From Octopus sinensis (taxonomy: Eukaryota): 12,808 bases of DNA. Made by a program: the position numbers and the translations under genes. Positions within the stretch are counted from its first letter, which is position 1, and each line of letters begins with the position of its first letter. Positions 1 to 7,905 of this stretch are shown one piece after another. The stretch lies in assembly GCF_006345805.1 (NCBI RefSeq), contig NW_021826432.1, forward strand, positions 1 to 12,808. The letters run 5' to 3'. The notes below the pieces were generated by a model. The model was given only the letters and a program-made list of their open reading frames with translations, ran no database searches and had not been told where the DNA came from.

Positions 1-45
1 CGGGGGGCCTTAATATAAGTACCAGTGAAGTACTGGGGTCGAATC
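1..45 (+). mobile_element. Fragment of SINE family B (window-truncated)
   Basis: taagtaccagtgaagtactggggtcga resembles the reverse complement of 1115-1145 (taagtaccagtcacgcacttgggtcg). Confidence 0.45.
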
Positions 46-231
46 AAAATGCGTAGAGTAGAAAGTATTATTTGTATTACATTTGAGATTTTTAAATATA
101 GTCATGGCTGTGTGGTAAGAATCTTGCTTACCAACCACACGGTTCTGGGTTCAGTTCCACTGTGTGGCATCTTGGACAAGTGTTTTCTACTATAGCCCCA
201 GACCGACCAAAGCCTTGTGAGTGAAAGAAGC

Positions 232-273
<42 letters not shown>

Positions 274-317
274 CAAAATTAAGAGAAATGAGCACTAAAG
301 TGGACACCCTTTATGCT

Positions 318-374
318 AAACATAGACGTCAAATCGCCATTACGTGGTGGTAATGCGATTTGACGTCTATGTTT
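318..374. other. Inverted repeat / hairpin with a ~22-25 bp stem
   Basis: aaacatagacgtcaaatcg(c)cattac - loop gtggtg - gtaatgcgatttgacgtctatgttt; one bulged C. Confidence 0.9.
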
Positions 375-486
375 CGGATTTTAAATATGCTAAATATGAT
401 TTGACGTCTATCTTCGGATTTTTAAATATGCTAATCCACTGGTTTTAATTGATTAATATCAATTTCTACCCATATTATTTAATTAG

Positions 487-619
487 TGTGTGTGTGTGTG
501 TGTGTCTGTGTGTGTGTCTGTGTGTGTATGTGTGTCTGTGTGTGTGTGTGTGTGTGTGTGAGTCTGTGTGTGTGTGTGTGCCTCTGTGTGTGTGTGGTGT
601 GTGTGTGTGTGTGTGTGTG
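487..619. repeat. (TG)n imperfect microsatellite
   Basis: Direct reading; it produces the spurious CVCV ORF 449-670. Confidence 0.95.
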
Positions 620-1029
620 TCCTCCCACTATCGCTTGACAACCGATGTTGGTGTGTTTACGTACACGTGACTTAGCCGTTCGGCAAAAGAGACCGATAGA
701 ATAATAAGTACTAGGCTTACAAAAGAATAAGTGCTGGGTTCGGTGTGTTCGACTAAAGGTGGTGCTCCAGCATGGCCGCAGTCAAATGACTGAAACAAGT
801 AAAAGAATAAAAGAAGAGATTTCTATTATGTGTTTAACGAGAACAGGCAGCTTTTTTTTTTTTTTAAGGGTTGTTTTGAGGGCACGTTGAGATTATAAGG
901 GTGGATGGGATGGGAGTGGATATTTTGAGAGATTCCAGGGTACGTTCTATTGAAGGAACAGGGGAAACGAAGCAATAGCAACGACAACAACATCAACAAC
1001 AACGACAATAATAATAATAATAATAACAG

Positions 1030-1058
<29 letters not shown>

Positions 1059-1061
<3 letters not shown>

Positions 1062-1224
1062 TTTATTATAGGCACAAGGCCTGAAATTTGGTGGGATGGG
1101 ACTAGTCGATTACAACGACCCAAGTGCGTGACTGGTACTTAATTTATCGACCCTGAAATGATGAAAGGCGAAGTCGACGTCGGGGGAATTTGAACTCAGA
1201 ACAATTCTGCCAGTTCGTCGCCTT
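1059..1224 (-). mobile_element. tRNA-derived SINE family B copy with internal deletion; (ATT)n tail at about 1008-1058
   Basis: Minus strand reads aaggcgacgaactggcagaa..gttctgagttcaaattcc (B-box-like) ..cctttcatc..gggtcgataaattaagtaccag..gtaatcgac.., then an A/T-rich end. This matches a remembered abundant Octopus SINE and the fragment at 1-45. Confidence 0.7.
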
Positions 1225-1227
1225 AAT

Positions 1228-1310
1228 ATGATGATGATGATGATGATAATAATAATAATAATATATTATAATATAATAATAATACTCATAATAATAATAA
1301 TAATAATAAT

Positions 1311-1352
<42 letters not shown>

Positions 1353-1373
1353 TAATAATAATAACTATAATAA
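1228..1373. repeat. (ATG)n + (AAT)n microsatellite
   Basis: Direct reading. Confidence 0.95.
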
Positions 1374-1882
1374 CTGATTAGAAGTGTTATCATGTACATT
1401 GTTTTGTCTTGGTATAAAAGATGGGCTACAGCAAATATTCTGCTCAATACCACAGATTTGCTTGTCAGTTGTTTGACCTTAATCAGTTGAGCATGTCCCT
1501 TAGTGGCTGACGATATGTGCATCTCTGATCACGAGCAGAAGTAGTGGGTGGGGGTATCATAGCCGTGTGTTGAGAGGAATTCTTTGAGGTTTGGATAATT
1601 CACCTCTGGAAACATGGGTGATTCGTTCAACATCCTTAAACAATCCTTATTCAGGGACCTTTTGAGCGGGATGGGCTAATCGATCATAAGAAAATTCTAA
1701 CTGGGCCCCACCTGCAAGGTCATGCGCTATTTATCTTGATATGAGATCACCATGTCGTGCACATATGGTTATGATGCATGTACCTGGTGTATCCTTATCG
1801 GACGGGTAGCCATGATAGGTATACTGGGCTTCGTATATTTTACCCCAGTGTCACTTTGATGGCATGCACTGCTCTCTCACTC

Positions 1883-1921
<39 letters not shown>
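1374..1921 (+). mobile_element. Probable 3' end/UTR of a non-LTR retroposon with an (AAT)n tail (1883-1921)
   Basis: A complex 510-bp non-coding block bounded on both sides by (AAT)n and ending ...gctctctcactc(AAT)n. It resembles a remembered high-copy Octopus repeat; no coding homology is visible. Confidence 0.5.
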
Positions 1922-1922
<1 letters not shown>

Positions 1923-1984
1923 GTAACATCAGCAAAAAATATCTTAGGAATGAGAACCCAGGGTTGGGTTCACGATTCCACCAA

Positions 1985-2030
1985 GACGCCTGATGAAGGC
2001 TGGAGAGTAAATCAGCCGAAAAGCTGTGGT
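1985..2030 (+). ncRNA. Degenerate minimal hammerhead-ribozyme-like motif in an interspersed repeat (about 1925-2110)
   Basis: CTGATGA (1990-1996), A, stem II GGCTG/CAGCC (1998-2002/2013-2017), GAAA (2018-2021). Stem III, the cleavage triplet and stem I are imperfect. Confidence 0.5.
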
Positions 2031-2351
2031 CACAACAAACTTGATGAGGACAAATTTCCGTCCAATGTAAATAATATACAGAATCCCTCATCTCTAAAAA
2101 TATAGAACAAAAAATGTTAACTTTCTACGTCTCAGACATGAGGAAACGCTCAGAAATCGAGACTTAAGTTTTAACATTTAAAAACATTAATTAGGACGGG
2201 TTGTCTCCCCTGAACCAGTGGATAAAACAACTCTTAAAGACACGAAAATGCGTAAGCAGCAAAACGGGGAGATCCAAATTCCCAGTAGGTGGCGCTTGAA
2301 GCCGACACATTTATTCTTTAGAATGTGCATCTTTTCTGACATGTTTTATTG

Positions 2352-2356
<5 letters not shown>

Positions 2357-2401
<45 letters not shown>
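2357..2401. repeat. (TG)n microsatellite
   Basis: Direct reading. Confidence 0.97.
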
Positions 2402-2403
<2 letters not shown>

Positions 2404-2559
2404 GTTTTATTCTCTTATTTGCTTCAGTAATTTGACGGTAGCCATGCTGGAGCACCGCCTTTGGTCGAACAAATCGACCCGAGAATTTATTCTTTGTAAG
2501 CCTACTACTTATTCTATTGATCAATTTTGCCGAACCGCTAAGTTACGGCGACGTAAACA
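2404..2559 (-). mobile_element. 3' half of SINE family A, minus strand
   Basis: The reverse complement aligns to about 2810-2965 and 655-810 (tgtttacgtc..cttagcggttcggcaaaa..aaaggcggtgctccagcatgg..). Confidence 0.8.
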
Positions 2560-2576
2560 AATATATTATTATATTT

Positions 2577-2975
2577 AGTGGCTGTGTGGTAGTAGCTTGT
2601 TTACCAACCACATGGTTCCGGGTTCAGTCCCACTGCGTGGCACCTTGGGCAAGTGTCTTCTACTATAGCCTCGGGCCGACCAATGCCTTGTGACTGGATC
2701 TGGTACACGGAAACTGAAAGAAGCCCGTCGTATATATGTATATATATGCGTGTGTGTGTTTTTGTGTCTGTGTTTGTCCCCCTAGCATTGCTTGACACCG
2801 ATGCTGGTGTGTTTATGTCCCCGTTACTTAGCGGTTCGGCCAAAGGAGACCGATAGAATAAGTACTGCCTTACACAAAAGAATAAGTCCCGGTGTCGAGT
2901 TGCTCGATTAAAGGTGGTGCTCCAGCATGGCCGCAGTCAAATGACTGAAACAAGTAAAAGAGTAAAAGAGTAAAA
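2577..2975 (+). mobile_element. Near full-length tRNA-derived SINE family A
   Basis: A box TGGCTGTGTGG (2579-2589), B box GGTTCAGTCCC (2621-2631), internal TA/TG linker, and a tail of AAAAGAGT repeats. Homologous to three other copies in the window. Confidence 0.85.
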
Positions 2976-2979
2976 AAAG

Positions 2980-3012
2980 ATATATATATATATATATATA
3001 TACTATATATAT

Positions 3013-3056
<44 letters not shown>

Positions 3057-3131
3057 TGTATATATTATATATGATATATATTTATAGATATATGTAGACA
3101 CACACGTATATATATATATATAATATATATA
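2980..3131. repeat. (TA)n-rich microsatellite
   Basis: Direct reading. Confidence 0.9.
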
Positions 3132-3174
3132 TAAATTGATCAAAATAAAATAAAAACATGATGCGAAGGATTCA

Positions 3175-3251
3175 GCGGTACATATGTTTCGGGCCTTTAT
3201 TAGACAGATTTATAACAATGCATAATGTATGTCTGTGGCCTTCTCAGCCGC
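3175..3251 (-). ncRNA. Antisense-arm hammerhead copy with a 1-nt core deletion (CUGAGA), probably inactive
   Basis: Minus strand reads GCGG-CTGAGA-A-GGCC...GGCC-C-GAAACATATGT-A-CCGC. It is identical to the + copy except for one A missing from CUGAAGA. Confidence 0.6.
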
Positions 3252-3495
3252 GCACAACAGCTTCCACAAGGACATGTGTTACATCAAAAATTCTTGGTTG
3301 GGGATGCAAATCCTCTCATTCGTACGACATAATGCGGCAGCAGCATAGAGTTGAAGCGTCCATCTCTTTCTTCCCTCAAGAGATGGACGCTTCAACTCTA
3401 TGCTGCTGCCGCATTATGTCGTACGTGAATGAGAGGATTTGCATCCCCAACCAAGAATTTTTGATGTGTAACACATGTCCTTGTGGAGCTGTTGT

Positions 3496-3591
3496 GTGCG
3501 CGGCTGAAGAAGGCCACAGACATACATTATGCATTGTTATAAATCTGTCTAATAAAGGCCCGAAACATATGTACCGCTGAATCCTTCGCAT
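3496..3591 (+). ncRNA. Type I hammerhead ribozyme (predicted cleavage 3' of A3573, GUA triplet)
   Basis: Stem I GCGG (3500-3503)/CCGC (3574-3577); core CTGAAGA (3504-3510); stem II GGCC (3512-3515)/GGCC (3557-3560) extended by ACAGA/TCTGT; GAAA (3562-3565); palindromic stem III ACATATGT (3565-3572); H17 = A. Distal stem I GTGC/GCAT lies beyond a 10-nt bulge. The 10.1/11.1 positions are A/C, which is non-canonical. Confidence 0.75.
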
Positions 3592-3688
3592 CATGTTTTT
3601 ATTTTATTTTGATCAATTTACTCCACCACCTACACCACCAAACGGTATACACAGTGCTTATAATTATCAAGTACTCACCCCGAATTTC

Positions 3689-3707
3689 TATATATATATA
3701 TATATAT

Positions 3708-3776
<69 letters not shown>

Positions 3777-3808
3777 CAGATAGATAGATGTAGACACACA
3801 CACACGTA

Positions 3809-3855
<47 letters not shown>
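3689..3855. repeat. (TA)n-(GATA)n-(CA)n-(TA)n compound microsatellite
   Basis: Direct reading. Confidence 0.95.
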
Positions 3856-3858
<3 letters not shown>

Positions 3859-3939
3859 TATTATTTAATTGAACGCCAAGCATCCATGTCCAAGTGAGTT
3901 TGTCTTCACCTTTTTGATACGACTCTCTACTCTATACTG

Positions 3940-4040
3940 TTTTCTTCCTCCTTCCTTCTCTAATTCCCTTCCCCCTCCCTCCTTCACCGTTTTCTACCTT
4001 TCTCTCTCTTCCCTTTTTCTCTTTCTTTCTCTCTCTCTCT
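3940..4040. repeat. Polypyrimidine / (CT)n tract
   Basis: Direct reading; (CT)n at about 4028-4049. Confidence 0.8.
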
Positions 4041-4645
4041 CTCTCTCTCGTTGCTCATACGTGACCATCGTCCATCTTTCTTTTCCTCACGTGACCATCT
4101 TTCTTTGCCTGCACGGATGTTTAAAAGAACGGACATGTTTTCCTCTCCCTATCCTATCTTTTATCATTAAAAAATGTTTCTCCCAGCGTTCACTATTTTC
4201 CTCTTGTTCTGGTCTAACGACCCTCCATTTTCGTTTTCGTTCGGTTTCCTTGTATGTCTCGACTGTCCTTTTTTTTATCCCCAAATTTGACCCTCCATAA
4301 ATCCTAAATTTTTATTTTAGAACTTATATAAGCTACTGTCTTTGAAGACTCTTATTGTCGTTGAATGCTCGAAATGAGGAGTAGACAGCCGACAACTAAT
4401 GAAGGGTCCTTTCTCTGTGTTTACTTGTCCTGTTTTCCTTTTTCTCGTTTGTATTCCTTATTCTCGTATTTCATGTTATTTGCACTGTTGGTGCCGTCTT
4501 GTACCCATATATGCATGTATTTTGTTAAACTTCTTGCATTGTTAGAAACTTTCTTCCCCCCCCCCCATCTTTCTTTTACACACACACACACACACACATA
4601 TGCCTTGATGCAGTACACCTTACCAGATATTTCCAACTCATAAAT

Positions 4646-4677
4646 GTGTGTTGTTGTTGTGTATGTGCGTGTGTATT

Positions 4678-4746
<69 letters not shown>

Positions 4747-4799
4747 ATGTATGTATGTATATATATATATGGATATATATATATGTGTGTGTATATATG

Positions 4800-4838
<39 letters not shown>

Positions 4839-4878
4839 CATATCATATCATATCATATCATATCATATCATATATCAT
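4646..4878. repeat. (TG)n-(TA)n-(ATATC)n compound microsatellite just upstream of the exon 1 acceptor
   Basis: Direct reading. It explains the spurious N-terminal 89 aa of ORF 4646-6421. Confidence 0.95.
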
Positions 4879-4912
4879 ACAAAATTTACAAATTTTCTTC
4901 AATTTCTTGCAG

Positions 4913-6250
4913 ATGTGGGATCCAAGTCATCTTTTAATATTCCTGACGATGCTATGTTTGGTTTTCGTCCCTCAACAACAGTATTCGGTTGAAGCAATAA
5001 AACTCTGCAGCGATAAGACACCGATGTTCTCAGTTCGAAATCCTATACCCGATAAATTTTATTATATTGGCTCTGTGTTTACGTTGCACGACGTCGGCGT
5101 AAAATTAGACCAGTGCGGCAAAGTTTTGCAACGTGGTCTCCAACTCAGTGAAGCGTTCCTCTGGTACCTGGATAAACACCCAGTGTTAGGTAGTGAAATT
5201 AAGACAGGGGGTTTGGTATTTGATACCTGCTCTGATAGCAGTTTGGTCACGCAGCAGGTAGTATCTTTTGAGACAGAGCAGATTAACTGTATGTCGCAAT
5301 ATAATGAACAAATATCTCCAGATTCGCTGTTAGTCTACGTCGGTGCAGATCGATTGACAGACACCGTTGCACTCGCCAGCTCTTTAAAGCGAACCGATAA
5401 GTCGATAATCTCTCCCATAGGCAACACAAAGCTTCCAGCCAAATACCCTTACTTCTTCCAGGGCGCTCCCAGATATAAAAATTCCAGTGAAGTTCTAGTA
5501 GACTTACTGAAAGATAACAATATACACTATGTGATTGTCCTTTACCAAAATGAAGAATTCTGGATAAACAGAAGCAAAGAGTTCATAAAACAAGCTAATG
5601 CCAGTAAAATATGTAGCGTGTATAACGCTTCTGTCTCAATTAGTGCAAGCAATTATGATACTGTGTTTCAACAACTTCAAGTAAGGAGAAAAACCTCGTA
5701 TGTCGTGATTATTGCAGACGATAATGTCATATCATCCGTGTTAATGGCAGCCAACCAGAAAAGTATTCAACTCAATTCTTTTGTATTCTTTGCCATCGGT
5801 CTCACTGTACACGACCATAATTTTGTAAATATAAAATCAGTAATCGTTATTCCAACTGTTGCGGCAAGCGAAATCAATACCAGAGCGAACAACTTCCATA
5901 ACTATTACAAACAGATTGCTGCTAGCGGGCCGCCAGTTGATAAAACATGGATCACAGATTACTGCGTGGAGAAGAATAAACCAAATTGCTCTGATGTTTT
6001 CACCGAAGAGAAACTGGATCCTACAGTTCCGTTCTTATTTCTCTCTCTTCACTCAATAATGACGGCCATACACGAACTGACAAAGACCACCAAGTATTTT
6101 TCGAAAGGCACTAAGGAAGCAATACAGCAAGAAATCGCCACTGTTAGTCTAAATGTTGATGGAGCAACGCAAAATGTCTTCGACTCAGAAAAGTATTTGC
6201 ATTCAAGCTTTGTGAAATATAAATTAAAGATCACGAATGTTTCCAGTTTG
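4913..6250 (+). CDS. Class C GPCR (mGluR-like), coding exon 1: signal peptide + Venus-flytrap (ANF_receptor-like) domain
   Basis: Acceptor ttcttcaatttcttgcAG (4911-4912) is followed directly by ATG 4913. Hydrophobic signal peptide MWDPSHLLIFLTMLCLVFVP..VEA. mGluR-type motifs IGSVFTLH..QCG...GLQLSEAF, GGLVFDTCS, KYPYFFQGAP, and ICS. Donor TTG|gtaagt at 6251; 1338 nt = 446 codons, phase 0. Confidence 0.9.
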
Positions 6251-6417
6251 GTAAGTAGCAAGCTTTCTCAACGAAATCCTCTCAATAATTTTATCCACTC
6301 GATAATTCACTCAATAGCTTTATTTCCTGAATGTAGGGCAACTGACGCAAAAGGCTTGGAGTTGGGTATGTCCATATGTATGTGTGTGTGTATGCATATG
6401 TTACATGTGTGTGTGTT

Positions 6418-6499
<82 letters not shown>

Positions 6500-6508
6500 G
6501 GATGGATG

Positions 6509-6558
<50 letters not shown>

Positions 6559-6613
6559 AGATAGATTAGATAGATAGATAGAAGATAGATAGATAGAGAT
6601 AGATAGATAGATA
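6418..6613. repeat. (GATA)n microsatellite
   Basis: Direct reading. Confidence 0.97.
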
Positions 6614-7576
6614 TGTTTCTTTATTAGCCACACAGGGCTGCACACAGACAGGACAGATTACAAAGTAGAGCTTTTCTTTTTTGGGGAAAGAAAAAAAAAT
6701 GTGGGGTAGGTTTTCGATCAAAAGGGACGTAAAAGGGAAAGAAGAAGAAAAAAGGAAAAGAAACAAAAAAAAATGATCAATAGGGATCGTGTATCACAGT
6801 GTCATGATGTAAGGTGTAAAGGGGGAAGCAGATAAGGTTTATCCGTGGGAAGAAAAGCCTACGGAAAAGACCACGGTAACCTCGGTCAATATTGTTACAT
6901 GTTACCACATTTGTTTGCAAGTAGGTAATCCTGTTTTAAATTTCCGGGTTCATAGGATTATGTTCAAGGTGGCTTCGTCATTCATACGTGCCATCCTTGC
7001 TACATTCACCCATCTTTTTTTAAAACATTCGTTAGACAAAACTTGCCTCTCTACTCTCACTTTCCTTTTCAAGTGATACTTGAAGAAGTTGATGAGAGAT
7101 TGACCAGAGAGGAAAGTGTTTGTCTCCAATCCTTTCAGACGTGTCCACCAGATACATTCTTTCGCCATAGCCACAAGGATGATGAAAATAGCTCTTCCTT
7201 CCCGTTTGAAGGAAGGAGGCATGACAATATTGACGATAGACTTGGCTGATAAACTGACTCGTCTCACACGTGACAGCAGTTGTTCGACATAAGCCGACAG
7301 CTCGGAAATTGTTGGACACTGCACGAGTGCGTGCAGAACGGTTTCGTCGCTCTGACCGCATCTCGGGCAGGTCGGCCCCGTGTTTCTCGAGCCATGTCTA
7401 TAGAGCTTATCCCGAACGGGTAGCGCTTCTCGGTAGCACTGCTAGGCCAGGGATCTCTGAAAGTTATCTATGGGCCCTGACCCGAAAGTCGTCCTGAACA
7501 GGCGGGTCAGGTATTCCTCGTCGATGTCCAGGTTCGGCCCGAGCTCATCGTCGTACCTCCCCTCCGCTAATCCCAT
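6614..7576 (-). mobile_element. 5'-truncated Tx1/L1-clade LINE: ORF2 C-terminus (6950-7576) + 3' UTR
   Basis: One minus-strand frame reads ..FQRSLA*QCYREALPVRDKLYRHG..TCPRCGQSDETVLHALVQCP..AKECIWWTR..., with a zf-RVT-like CxxC..H..C knuckle and a single TAG at 7442-7444 where Trp is expected. AATAAA (minus, 6620-6625) precedes (TATC)n. Confidence 0.8.

Positions 7577-7631
<55 letters not shown>
7577..7631. repeat. (GATA)n microsatellite between two Tx1-like copies
   Basis: Direct reading. Confidence 0.97.
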
Positions 7632-7632
<1 letters not shown>

Positions 7633-7905
7633 GTTTCTTTATTAGCCACACAGCCGGGACAAATTACAAGGTAGAGCTTTTCTTTTGAGGGATAAAAAAA
7701 AGGGGGTTTGGTTTTCGATCAAAAGGGATCGTAAAAGGAAAGAAAGGGGAAAGCAAAACAAGGGGGGGGTAAAAATAAAAGGAAAAAGAAAAATCGATCA
7801 ATAGGGATCGTTATCACAGAAATGTCAATATAAAGTATAAAGGGGAGGGCAGGTGAGGTTTACCCGTGGAAAGAAAAGCCTACCAAAAAGACTACGGTAA
7901 CCTCG
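7632..7905 (-). mobile_element. Second, diverged 3' UTR-only copy of the Tx1-like LINE
   Basis: Colinear with 6614-6884: gtttctttattagccacacag..gtagagcttttc..ggttttcgatcaaaaggga..gatcaatagggatcgt..aagaaaagccta..acggtaacctcg. Confidence 0.8.

Larger units (their letters stand above)
102..815 (+). mobile_element. tRNA-derived SINE family A copy, split in its central microsatellite linker (head 102-233, 3' half 620-815)
   Basis: A-box-like TGGCTGTGTGG (105-115) and B-box-like GGTTCAGTTCC (148-158). Both halves align by eye to the contiguous copy at 2577-2975. The 3' end reads ..cagcatggccgcagtcaaatgactgaaacaagtaaaaga. Confidence 0.8.
3132..3688 (+). mobile_element. Palindromic (inverted pseudo-LTR-like) element, probably Penelope-like, carrying hammerhead motifs
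   Basis: Arms 3132-3368 and 3378-3620 are reverse complements, differing by five small indels, with a 9-nt loop. A 68-bp unique tail follows (3621-3688). The element sits in (TA)n and has a hammerhead in each arm. The PLE assignment is inference. Confidence 0.6.

Noticed and set aside
105-158. tRNA gene suggested by A/B boxes (also 2579-2631)
   Set aside because: No full cloverleaf was evident and the boxes continue into SINE body sequence; these are SINE heads.
449-670. Cys/Val-rich, His/Thr-rich and poly-Leu/Asn ORFs throughout the track (e.g. 449, 1286, 2357, 4644-4648, 7860-8532, 8703-9300, 10186-10736)
   Set aside because: They are translations of (TG)n/(CA)n/(TA)n/(AAT)n/(GATA)n microsatellites, not genes.
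1506-1545. CTGACGA...GCAGAAG as a third hammerhead
   Set aside because: It has GAAG instead of GAAA, and no convincing stem I or stem III.
3158-3594. Twin ORFs starting MMRRIQRYICFGPLL on opposite strands
   Set aside because: A by-product of the palindrome, with no recognisable protein homology. A faint PSRDGRFNSMLLPHY likeness to PLE GIY-YIG tails in another frame is too weak to call.
4049-4100. Duplicated ACGTGACCATC with TCACGTGAC E-box/CLEAR-like motif
   Set aside because: A short motif with no evidence of a nearby TSS; expected by chance or from local duplication.
4646-4912. N-terminal 89 aa of the 591-aa ORF and its tail after 6250
   Set aside because: Intronic microsatellite read-through; the splice signals and signal peptide define 4913-6250.
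4943-4949. CTGACGA inside exon 1
   Set aside because: Coding sequence with no downstream stem II-GAAA.
6418-7905. CRISPR-like repeat-spacer pattern or LTR pair
   Set aside because: The repeats are GATA microsatellites and LINE 3' UTRs; there are no TG..CA ends, PBS or regular spacers.
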